A program made the translations under genes and the position numbers. The notes beneath the pieces were generated by a model. It was not told where the DNA came from. It was given only the letters and a program-made list of their open reading frames with translations, and searched no databases. From positions 1 to 44,639 of the forward strand of contig DASUKS010000116.1 of NCBI GenBank assembly GCA_036278595.1: DNA of 44,639 bases, given 5' to 3'. This stretch comes from Dehalococcoidia bacterium (GTDB lineage: Bacteria; Chloroflexota; Dehalococcoidia; DSTF01; JACRBR01). Positions 17,448-25,422 of the stretch are shown here, piece after piece; position 1 is the stretch's first letter; every line of letters starts with the position of its first letter.

Positions 17448-20345
17448 ATGCCGACGAAGACGAAGCGCGTGCCCGAGCGGGGGCGCGCGGACCGAACGGA
17501 AACGCGCGAGAAGCCGAAGCGGACGCCGGCGAAGGACCGAAGGCCGGCGCCCGATCTCGACGCGCTGCTCAAGTACACGCAGAAGCGCGACCTCGACAAG
17601 ACGCCGGAGCCCGGCGGCGGGCAAGCGCCTGTCACCGGCGACCTGACGTTTGTCGTGCAGCAGCACCGCGCGACGCGCGTGCACTGGGACTTCCGGCTCG
17701 AGGTAGACGGCGTGCTCGCGTCGTGGGCCGTGCCGAAGGGACCTTCGTACAACACGAAGGACAAGCGCATGGCGGCGCAGGTCGAGGACCACCCGTACGA
17801 CTATGGCGACTTCGAGGGCATCATCCCCGACGGCAACTACGGCGCCGGTGAGGTCATCGTCTGGGATAACGGCACGTACACGCCGGACGAAGGCGGGGAG
17901 CTCTCGTGGGGCGACAAGGCCGAGGGCAACCGCCGCATGCGCGAAGGTCTTCGCGATGGGAAGATCTCGATCACCATGCGCGGCAAGAAGCTCCATGGCT
18001 CGTGGACGCTCGTGCGGATGGGCGGCAAGCGCAACCTCGATGGCAGGGACTGGCTGCTGATCAAGCATCGCGACGAGTTCGCGTCGACGCGTGATGTGCT
18101 CGAAGAAGACCGCTCGGTGATCTCGGGCCTTTCGATCAGGGATTTGCAGGAAGGGAAGATGCCGCGCGTCGGCGCGCGAAGCGGTGCGCCGCATCCGGAC
18201 GCGAAGGAAGCCGGCTTCCCGGATGCGAAGAAGCTCCTCCCGATGCTGCCGACGCTCATCGCTGAGCCGTTCTCGCGCAGTGGCTGGATCTTCGAGCCGA
18301 AGCTGGACGGCGTGCGCACGCTCGCCTTCCTGCGCGACGGCAACGTAGAGCTTCGGAGCCGGCGCGGGAACGTCGTGACGGCGCAGTACCCCGAGGCGGT
18401 GGAGGGCGTGAAGGCGCAGCGCGCGAAGACGGCGGTGATCGACGGCGAGATCTGCGCGCTCAACGAGCAGGGTGCGCCCGACTTCCAGGTCCTGCAGGCG
18501 CGCATCAACCTGTCGAAGCCGGGCGAGGTGCAGCGGGCGGCTGCGGAGACACCGGCGATCTTCTACGCGTTCGACCTGCTGTACGTCGACGGGTACGACC
18601 TGACGCGCGTGCCGTGCATCGAAAGGAAGGCGCTGCTCCGCGAGCTGCTGCGCGAAGACGACCACATCAAGTACGTCGATCACGTCGAGACGGACGGGCA
18701 GGCGCTGTACGACTCGGCAGTGGATCTCGGGTTCGAGGGCATCGTCGCGAAGCGCGCAACAAGCGCGTACGAAGCCGGCGTGCGCAGCCGCTCGTGGTTG
18801 AAGTCGAAGTCGACGCTCGAGCAGGAGTTCGTCGTCGGCGGCTACAGCGAAGGCGAGGGCTCCCGGAGCAAGACGTTCGGCGGACTGCTCGTCGGGTACT
18901 ACGAGGGCGACGACCTGCGGTTCGCGGCAAGCGTGGGATCGGGGCTGCGCGACCGCGACCTTGATGCGATCTCGAAGAAGCTGCACGAGCTGAAGGCGGA
19001 CCGATCGCCCTTCGCGAACCCGCCGACGGTGATCGGCGGGCGCTGGTCGGGCGGGAAGTCATCGAAGTGCTTCTGGGTGAAGCCGAAGCTCGTCGCGCGC
19101 GTCGAGTTCCGGCAATGGACGCGCGATGGCAACCTGCGGGCGCCGGTGTTCAAGGGGCTGCGCGACGACATCGACCCGCGCAGCATCACGCGCGAGAGCT
19201 CGGCGCCGCAGGCGATCGACGTCATCACGGAGGAACCTCACAGCGATGGGCGGGCGCCGGCCGGCGAGCTGGACGCGATCGTATCGTCGATACTGGAGCA
19301 GCTGGATGCGCACGATGGGGATGATTTCTGGCTCGACGTCGGCGAAGCGCGTATTAAGCTGTCGAACCTGAACAAGGTGTTCTGGCCTGAGACCGAAGAC
19401 CACGCCGCGCGCACCAAGCGCGAGTTGATCCGCTACTACGCGCGTGTCGCCCCGTACATCGTCCCGCACCTGCGCGACCGGCCACTGACGCTGAATCGCT
19501 ATCCCAACGGGATCCACGGCAAGAACTTCTATCAGAAGCACTGGCCGCAGGCCTTCCCGAAGGAGTTCCGGGTCGAGCGCATCCTGGTGTACTCGTCGCA
19601 GAACGACAGCGACGGCGAATACATCCTGCCGAACAACATCCAGACGCTGCTCTGGCTGGCGCAGCTCGCCGATATCGAGATGCACCCGTGGATGGCGCGG
19701 GTGAACCCCGCCGGCGATGGCGACGACCTAGCGACCGTGTTCTCCGGGTCCGAGGAGAACATCGAGCGCAGCATCCTGAACTACCCGGACTTCATGGTGT
19801 TCGACCTCGATCCATACATCTACTCCGGCAAGGAGAAGAAGGGCGACGAGCCGGAGCTGAACCGCCACGCCTTCGAGAAGACGCGCGAGATCGCGTTCTC
19901 GCTGAAGGAGCTGCTGCAACAATTGCGGCTGTCGTCGTTCGTGAAGACGACGGGGAAGACGGGGCTGCACATCTTCGTGCCAGTGCTGCGTCAGTACACG
20001 TACGACGAGATCCGCGCGGCGACCCAGACCGTCGGGCAGTTCCTGATGCAGCAGCATCCGAGGGATCTGACCATGGACTGGTCCGTGCCGAAGCGGACTG
20101 GGAAGATCTTCTTCGACCACAACCAGAACGCGCGCGGGAAGACGCTGGCATCGCAGTACTCGGTGCGCCCCAGCCCGCAGGCGGCGGTGTCGGCGCCCGT
20201 CACATGGGACGAGCTGGCGAAGGTCTACCCGACCGACTTCGACATGGACACCGTGCCGGAGCGGCTGGCGAAGCGCGGCGACGTCTGGGCGGACATCCTC
20301 GACGCGAAGCAGGATCTGCGCGCGCTGCTCGAAGCGACGGCATGA
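17448..20345 (+). CDS. ligD: Multifunctional NHEJ DNA ligase D (phosphoesterase-ligase-polymerase)
   Basis: 965 aa. N-terminal 3'-phosphoesterase motif FVVQQHRATRVHWDFRLE...WAVPKGPS. Central ATP-ligase domain with adenylation motif FEPKLDGVR. C-terminal primase-polymerase domain with FMVFDLDP, TGKTGLHIFVP and YSVRP. Confidence 0.93.
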   Translation: MPTKTKRVPERGRADRTETREKPKRTPAKDRRPAPDLDALLKYTQKRDLDKTPEPGGGQAPVTGDLTFVVQQHRATRVHWDFRLEVDGVLASWAVPKGPSYNTKDKRMAAQVEDHPYDYGDFEGIIPDGNYGAGEVIVWDNGTYTPDEGGELSWGDKAEGNRRMREGLRDGKISITMRGKKLHGSWTLVRMGGKRNLDGRDWLLIKHRDEFASTRDVLEEDRSVISGLSIRDLQEGKMPRVGARSGAPHPDAKEAGFPDAKKLLPMLPTLIAEPFSRSGWIFEPKLDGVRTLAFLRDGNVELRSRRGNVVTAQYPEAVEGVKAQRAKTAVIDGEICALNEQGAPDFQVLQARINLSKPGEVQRAAAETPAIFYAFDLLYVDGYDLTRVPCIERKALLRELLREDDHIKYVDHVETDGQALYDSAVDLGFEGIVAKRATSAYEAGVRSRSWLKSKSTLEQEFVVGGYSEGEGSRSKTFGGLLVGYYEGDDLRFAASVGSGLRDRDLDAISKKLHELKADRSPFANPPTVIGGRWSGGKSSKCFWVKPKLVARVEFRQWTRDGNLRAPVFKGLRDDIDPRSITRESSAPQAIDVITEEPHSDGRAPAGELDAIVSSILEQLDAHDGDDFWLDVGEARIKLSNLNKVFWPETEDHAARTKRELIRYYARVAPYIVPHLRDRPLTLNRYPNGIHGKNFYQKHWPQAFPKEFRVERILVYSSQNDSDGEYILPNNIQTLLWLAQLADIEMHPWMARVNPAGDGDDLATVFSGSEENIERSILNYPDFMVFDLDPYIYSGKEKKGDEPELNRHAFEKTREIAFSLKELLQQLRLSSFVKTTGKTGLHIFVPVLRQYTYDEIRAATQTVGQFLMQQHPRDLTMDWSVPKRTGKIFFDHNQNARGKTLASQYSVRPSPQAAVSAPVTWDELAKVYPTDFDMDTVPERLAKRGDVWADILDAKQDLRALLEATA

Positions 20346-21340
20346 GCGCGGCCGATGATACGCTGAGTACGATGGCGCACGAACACACGCGCGGCGGCGC
20401 CAAGCACTGGCGGCGGCTGGCCGTCGTCCTCGCACTGACGGCGACGTTCATGGTCGTCGAGGCGGTCGTCGGCGTGCTGACGAATAGCCTCGTGCTGGTC
20501 GCCGACGCCGCGCACATGCTGACCGACGCGGCGGCCCTGTCGCTGGCGCTGCTCGCGATCTGGTTCGCGCGGCGGCCTGGTGGGGCGCAGCGGACCTACG
20601 GCTACTACCGCGCGGAGATCCTCGCCGCGCTGGCGAACGCACTGCTGCTGTTCGCGGTGTCCGGGTATGTGATCATCGCCGCCGCGATGCGACTCGCGAG
20701 CCCGGAGCACGTCGCCAGCGTGCCGCTGCTCGTCGTCGCCTCGGCCGGGCTCGTCGTGAACCTTGCGAGCGCGCGGCTGCTGTTCGGCGGGGCGCAGGAG
20801 AGCCTCAACGTGCGCGGCGCGTTCATCGAGGTGCTGGGCGACCTGCTCGGGTCGGCGGGCGCGCTCGCAGCGGGAATCATCCTTATCACGACCGGATGGC
20901 GGTACGCCGATCCGCTGTTCGCCATGCTCGTTGGCCTGCTGATCCTGCCGCGGACGTGGGGGCTGCTGCGCGGGGCGCTGAATGTGCTGCTCGAGAGCGC
21001 GCCGCACCACATCCGCATGCCGGACGTGCAGGCAGAGATCCTCGACGCGGATGGGGTGCTGTCCGTGCACGACCTGCACGTGTGGACGGTCACGAGCGGC
21101 TTTGTGGCGCTGAGCGGGCATGTGCTCGTCACTGAGCGGGCGGACCGCGACCGGGTGCTGGTCGACCTGAGCCGGCGCCTCGAGCGGCGGTTCGGCATCG
21201 ATCACGTGACGATCCAGGTGGAGAACGAGGCGCTGTCCGAGCTGCTCGAGCAGCCGTGCCTGCCCGACGGGCTGGAGCCGGGAAGCGAGCGGCGCGCGGC
21301 GGGATCTGGCGTTCGGTCGCTCGACGTCCGGGCGAAGTGA
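20342..21340 (+). CDS. czcD: Cation diffusion facilitator (Zn/Co/Cd efflux)
   Basis: ATG 20342 overlaps the ligD stop (ATGA). Contains ADAAHMLTDAAAL, GYYRAEILAAL, FIEVLGDLLGS and HDLHVWTVTSG, CDF signatures. Only the last 332 aa of ORF 19688..21340 are used. Confidence 0.9.
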   Translation: MSAADDTLSTMAHEHTRGGAKHWRRLAVVLALTATFMVVEAVVGVLTNSLVLVADAAHMLTDAAALSLALLAIWFARRPGGAQRTYGYYRAEILAALANALLLFAVSGYVIIAAAMRLASPEHVASVPLLVVASAGLVVNLASARLLFGGAQESLNVRGAFIEVLGDLLGSAGALAAGIILITTGWRYADPLFAMLVGLLILPRTWGLLRGALNVLLESAPHHIRMPDVQAEILDADGVLSVHDLHVWTVTSGFVALSGHVLVTERADRDRVLVDLSRRLERRFGIDHVTIQVENEALSELLEQPCLPDGLEPGSERRAAGSGVRSLDVRAK

Positions 21341-21413
21341 GATCGGTTGCCCGGGGATCGCTCGTATTCTAGGGTGAATGGCGAACTGATTTCCCCCAGG
21401 GAGGGTCCTACCC

Positions 21414-22445
21414 TTGGTTGACGAGCGAAACGACGCCGGGCGGCTGCTCACGCGGCTCGACCGAAGAGGGTTCCTGCGCGCGGCGCTGGCCGCCTCGGCC
21501 GGCGGTGCCGCGCTGTACACGGTCGGCTGCGGCTCCGGGTCATCGAAGAGCGGTACGCCCACAAACGCGAGCGCCATGGTGTCGCCGAGTGCGCGTGCGG
21601 GGACGCCTTCGACCACCAACCCGTCCGGCATCACGCCTTCGATGCTGACGAGCGAGTTCGTCGCCAACCACGACAATCGCTTCGCGGTCGGACTGGTGAC
21701 GGCGCAGAAGAAGCTCGTGAAGGACGCCGCCGTCCACCTGCGGTTCTTCACGCTCGGCAGCGACGGCAAGACCGGCACGCTGCGCGGCGAGGGCGACGCC
21801 ACGTACATCGAGCTGGACGTCGCGGGCGCGCACGTCCACGACAGCAGCGGCAAGGACGACATCTCCGACAACAGCGTCTCCTTCTACGAGGTCAACACGC
21901 CCTTCGACGTCGCCGGGAAGTGGGCTGTCGAAATCACGGCGACGCCGAACGACGGCAGCAAGCCGTCGCAGGTCCAGGCGCCGTTCGACGTCGTGCAGAA
22001 GACGGCGACGCCGTGGTACGGCGAGGTGCCGCCGGCGAGCCAGAACGACACGGCGGCGACCAATCCACCGGGGTCGACGATCTGCTCACGCCAGCCGCCG
22101 TGCCCGCTGCACGACAGGGTGATCGCCGACGTACTGGGGAAGGGGAAGCCGCTCGTCGTGCAGTTCAGCACGCCGGCCTTCTGCCAGACACGCTTCTGCG
22201 GGCCGGTGCTCGAAGTCCTGCTCAAGCAGGTGCCGTCGTACGAGGACAAGATTGACTTTGTGCACATCGAGGTGTGGCAGGACTTCCAGCTGCAGAAGGA
22301 GCGCCCGGCGATGGGCGAGTGGCACCTGACGACGGAGCCGTGGACGTTCTTCATGGGCAGCGACGGCAAGGTCGTCGAGCGGTTCGAGTCGATCTTCAGC
22401 GAGGCGGAGCTGACGGCGGCGCTGGACAAGACGGCGGCGGCGTAG
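21414..22445 (+). CDS. Tat-signal lipoprotein with C-terminal thioredoxin-fold domain
   Basis: TTG start after AGGGAGGG. Twin-arginine motif DRRGFLRAA followed by lipobox YTVGC. The C-terminal part, LVVQFSTPAFCQTRFCGP...FVHIEVW, resembles TlpA/redoxin-like proteins but with a C-x4-C pair. Confidence 0.7.
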   Translation: MVDERNDAGRLLTRLDRRGFLRAALAASAGGAALYTVGCGSGSSKSGTPTNASAMVSPSARAGTPSTTNPSGITPSMLTSEFVANHDNRFAVGLVTAQKKLVKDAAVHLRFFTLGSDGKTGTLRGEGDATYIELDVAGAHVHDSSGKDDISDNSVSFYEVNTPFDVAGKWAVEITATPNDGSKPSQVQAPFDVVQKTATPWYGEVPPASQNDTAATNPPGSTICSRQPPCPLHDRVIADVLGKGKPLVVQFSTPAFCQTRFCGPVLEVLLKQVPSYEDKIDFVHIEVWQDFQLQKERPAMGEWHLTTEPWTFFMGSDGKVVERFESIFSEAELTAALDKTAAA

Positions 22446-22583
22446 TTCGGCGACGTGTTCGCTGCGATACGGCCGCTGGAATCTGGGCGCTCCGCACACG
22501 CGCTCGCGAGTTTGTCAACGGCGCGGCGGTTCCGGCCGATGATACTCCTGTAGGATGAACCCCAATCAGCGGGAGTGTCTTCC

Positions 22584-23447
22584 ATGCGCCGGTTCGCTGT
22601 GCTCCTGGTTATCGTTGCGCTGCCGGTGGGCGTGGCCTGTGGTTCGGGCAAGAGCGCTCCGAGCGCGCCTGCGCATGACATAACTCCGACGACTGCGGCG
22701 GCTATCGCGACGTCGGCGGCAGCGAGCGCGACCGAAACCGGCTCGGGGTCCAGCATCGTGCCGCTGTTCCTGCAGGACGCGCTTTCGGGCGTGTCCTCTT
22801 CGCCGGGATCGTCGATCGCCGGCCTCGGGCAGGGCGACCCGACGTTGGAGCAGTACCTGCTGACGCAGGCAGACCTGCCGTCTGGGTATACCGCCGGCGA
22901 GACATTCAACGCGCGGGCGCCGGACGGCATCTCGAAGACCGGCGGCGGTGATATGGCGGCCGCCGTCGCGATGAAGGGCACCCCTGACAGTGGCGACGGC
23001 GACATGCTGATGTCGATGGTCATGCGGTTCAACGATCTGCAGGACCTCGACACCGCGTTTGGGAGCCTGAGTGCGGACCAGGTGCAGTCCCAGCTCGGGC
23101 AGCTGCAGGACGTGCCCGGCGGGCTCTTCACGGACGTCCACGCGCTCGACACAACCGGTCTCGGCGACCAGGCGGCGGGATTCAGCATGACGATGGACAT
23201 GGGCGTCCTGCTGCAATCGATCATCGGCTCGTTCGCGGACGCGTTCGGTCAGGCTGGGACGCCGGTGGCGATCCCGACCGGCGTCCCAACCAAGATTGAG
23301 ATGCACATGTACTTCTTCGGCCGGGGCTCATACGCCGGGGCGCTGATGCATATGTCGTTCGGCGACGCCGACGGCGGCGTCAACGAATTGGGACTCGCGA
23401 AGGTGATCGACCAGCGCCTCGCGTCGGCTGCCGGGAGCGGGACGTAG
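22584..23447 (+). CDS. Hypothetical lipoprotein
   Basis: ATG 22584 lies 9 nt after GGGAG. Signal peptide MRRFAVLLVIVALPVGVAC with lipobox, then a Ser/Ala/Thr-rich linker. No recognisable domain. The ORF track start at 22575 (GTG) is also possible. Confidence 0.65.
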   Translation: MRRFAVLLVIVALPVGVACGSGKSAPSAPAHDITPTTAAAIATSAAASATETGSGSSIVPLFLQDALSGVSSSPGSSIAGLGQGDPTLEQYLLTQADLPSGYTAGETFNARAPDGISKTGGGDMAAAVAMKGTPDSGDGDMLMSMVMRFNDLQDLDTAFGSLSADQVQSQLGQLQDVPGGLFTDVHALDTTGLGDQAAGFSMTMDMGVLLQSIIGSFADAFGQAGTPVAIPTGVPTKIEMHMYFFGRGSYAGALMHMSFGDADGGVNELGLAKVIDQRLASAAGSGT

Positions 23448-23469
23448 CTTGCACGACTGGGCCACGACG

Positions 23470-23780
23470 GGTTAGCGGCCGCCCGGTTGATTGTTCTTTG
23501 TTTTCCGCGTATTTGCTCGTTGTTGCGGCGCCAGCCGGCGCTCGGATTGCCTCGCTGAATCTGCCATCGGCTGGCTCGACCGCGGCGCTCTGCGATCGGT
23601 TGATTGCCTTTGATCGTCTTTGATTGTTCGGCGCCGGGACGATCAAACCGCGTCCGGGCAGGCCTTTCCCGAGCACCGCGGACCGGCCGCCGAGCCTCCG
23701 GACGGCGTTGGCGCTCATGGCCTGAGATTCCGCCTCATTGTGCGCCTTGGGGGCGCGCAGCGCCGAGCGGGCGGTGGCAT
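23470..23780 (-). pseudogene. Decayed second copy of the 10641-10934 small gene and its oligomer-repeat tail
   Basis: On the minus strand, ATGCCACCGCCCGCTCGG (start at 23780) aligns with ATGCCGCGAGGAGGCCGCCGG of the first copy. GGTTTGATCGTCCC...GAACAATCAAAGACGATCAAAGGCAATCAA aligns with GGTTTGATCGTTCC...AAACAATCAGAAACAATCGAAAACGATCAAGGACAATCAA (10873-10930). A shared CAGATTCAG follows. The frame is broken and one Gly-Asn repeat appears deleted. Confidence 0.45.
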
Positions 23781-23802
23781 CACGTCGGGATAGCCCATTT
23801 GG

Positions 23803-23862
23803 ATGCAAAAGTGCATTTAAAGTCTGTTTTTGCTTGATACGGGGCGGATTCGGGGGTAGGAT
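23803..23862 (+). promoter_or_regulatory. Candidate sufR promoter and operator (leaderless geometry)
   Basis: Palindrome ATGCA-aaag-TGCAT (23803-23816) lies in an AT-rich patch. TTGATA (23834-23839), 17-nt spacer, TAGGAT (23857-23862). Only 6 nt separate the -10 from ATG 23869 and there is no SD. Confidence 0.5.
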
Positions 23863-23868
23863 CGAGGT

Positions 23869-24531
23869 ATGAGATCGACCCGCGAGGCGCTTCGGGAGCT
23901 GCTGGCGGCGCATGGGGAGTGCACGGTGGCGCAGGCCGCCGCCGAACTAGGCCTCAACCATGCGAACATCCGCCGCCACTTCGAAGTGATGCGCGCGGAG
24001 GGTCTCGTGGACGTGAGCATCCAGCGGCATGTGGTCGGGCGGCCCTCGTACGTCTACCGGCTCACAGAACGGGGGGAGGAGCTGAACGCGCACTATCCGC
24101 GGCTCGTGCGCCGGATGTTCAATCGCCTCTCGACACTGACGCCGGAGAGCGTTGCGACGGACGGGCGCCCGCTCGTCGAGCAGGTGCTCGACGGGGTAGC
24201 CGACGACCTGGCCGGCGCCTACCGTCCGGTTGTGACGGGGGTGACACTGGAACAGCGGGTGGCCGAGACGAGCGACGCGCTCAAGGCCGAGGGCATCGTC
24301 GACCGCTGGCGCAAGGAAGACGACGGCTACCACCTGACCAACACCATCTGCCCGTACCGGAAGGCGGCCGAGGCCTCGGATGCGCCGTGCCACGCCGACC
24401 TGCGGACGGTCGAGTTGCTGGTGCAGGCGCCGGTCGCCCAAGTGCACCGGATGGTTGATGGCAGCCTGCAGTGCGAGTACGTGGTGCAGGAGATCCGCGA
24501 GCGCATGGGAGGAGAGAGGGAAGAGGAGTGA
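23869..24531 (+). CDS. sufR: SufR-type transcriptional repressor of the suf operon (HTH plus Cys-rich C-terminus)
   Basis: N-terminal winged HTH (CTVAQAAAELGLNHANIRRHFEVMRAEGLV...GRPSYVYRLT). C-terminal Cys ligand pattern C-x12-C (ICPYRKAAEASDAPCH) plus a third Cys (LQCEY). First gene of the suf cluster. Confidence 0.8.
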   Translation: MRSTREALRELLAAHGECTVAQAAAELGLNHANIRRHFEVMRAEGLVDVSIQRHVVGRPSYVYRLTERGEELNAHYPRLVRRMFNRLSTLTPESVATDGRPLVEQVLDGVADDLAGAYRPVVTGVTLEQRVAETSDALKAEGIVDRWRKEDDGYHLTNTICPYRKAAEASDAPCHADLRTVELLVQAPVAQVHRMVDGSLQCEYVVQEIRERMGGEREEE

Positions 24532-24591
24532 GGAGCGAGATTGGGCGGCCGGTCCGCCCGACCCGCTCCGTACTCGTCTTCGCTTCCTCCA

Positions 24592-24627
24592 CAGAGGACA
24601 CGACGAGAGCAGAGGACGCGACGAGAG
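24592..24627 (+). repeat. 18-bp tandem direct repeat directly upstream of sufC
   Basis: CAGAGGACACGACGAGAG (24592-24609) and CAGAGGACGCGACGAGAG (24610-24627), one mismatch. It runs into the sufC ribosome-binding region. Confidence 0.8.
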
Positions 24628-24634
24628 AGGATGC

Positions 24635-25420
24635 ATGGCTGAGGAACTACTGAAGATCGAAGGGCTTACGGTCAGCGTAGAGGGGAAGCAGATCCTCAAT
24701 GGCGTGGACCTGACCGTGAACCGCGGCGAGGTGCACGCGATCATGGGGCCGAACGGCTCCGGGAAGAGCACGCTCGCGAACGCGCTGATGGGACACCCGC
24801 GGTACACCATCACGGGTGGCACCGTGCGCTTCAAGGGTCAGGACATCGCCGGGCTGACGCCGGACAAACGGGCGCAGATGGGCCTGTTCCTCGCGTTCCA
24901 GTACCCGACGAGCATCGCGGGCGTGACGATGGTGAACTTCCTGCGGCAGGCGATGAAGGCCGTGCGCGGGGAGGACGTGCCGGTGCGCGAGTTCCGCGAG
25001 AAGCTGTTTAGCACGATGAAGCTGTTGCGCATGGACCAGGAGTTCGCGCGGCGCTACGTGAATGAGGGGTTCTCGGGCGGCGAGAAGAAGCGGGCGGAGA
25101 TCCTGCAGATGGGCATCCTGGACCCCGACCTGGCGATCATGGACGAGACCGACTCCGGCCTCGACATCGACGCGCTGCGGACGGTGGCGGAAGGGGTGAA
25201 CGCGCTGACGACACCGAAGCTCGGCGTGGTGCTCATCACGCACTACCAGCGGCTGCTGAACTACATCAAGCCGCAGTTCGTGCACATCCTGTACCGCGGC
25301 AGGATCATCGAATCGGGCGGGGCGGAGCTGGCGCTGCGGTTGGAGGCGGAAGGATACGACCCGGTGATCGCGAAGTTCGAGCCGGAGCTCGCGGGCACGG
25401 CGTCGGGAGAGAGGGCATAA
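24635..25420 (+). CDS. sufC: Fe-S cluster assembly ATPase SufC
   Basis: Internal ATG of ORF 24380..25420. Walker A GPNGSGKST, signature FSGGEKKR, Walker B LAIMDETDSGLD, ITHYQRLL. Confidence 0.95.
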   Translation: MAEELLKIEGLTVSVEGKQILNGVDLTVNRGEVHAIMGPNGSGKSTLANALMGHPRYTITGGTVRFKGQDIAGLTPDKRAQMGLFLAFQYPTSIAGVTMVNFLRQAMKAVRGEDVPVREFREKLFSTMKLLRMDQEFARRYVNEGFSGGEKKRAEILQMGILDPDLAIMDETDSGLDIDALRTVAEGVNALTTPKLGVVLITHYQRLLNYIKPQFVHILYRGRIIESGGAELALRLEAEGYDPVIAKFEPELAGTASGERA

Positions 25421-25422
25421 CC

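Noticed and set aside
23380-23913. 177-aa minus-strand ORF in the lipoprotein-sufR spacer as a functional gene
   Set aside because: It spans the decayed element copy and overlaps the sufR start and promoter. It has no SD and its composition is heterogeneous. It is better explained as a relic (pseudogene) plus chance read-through.
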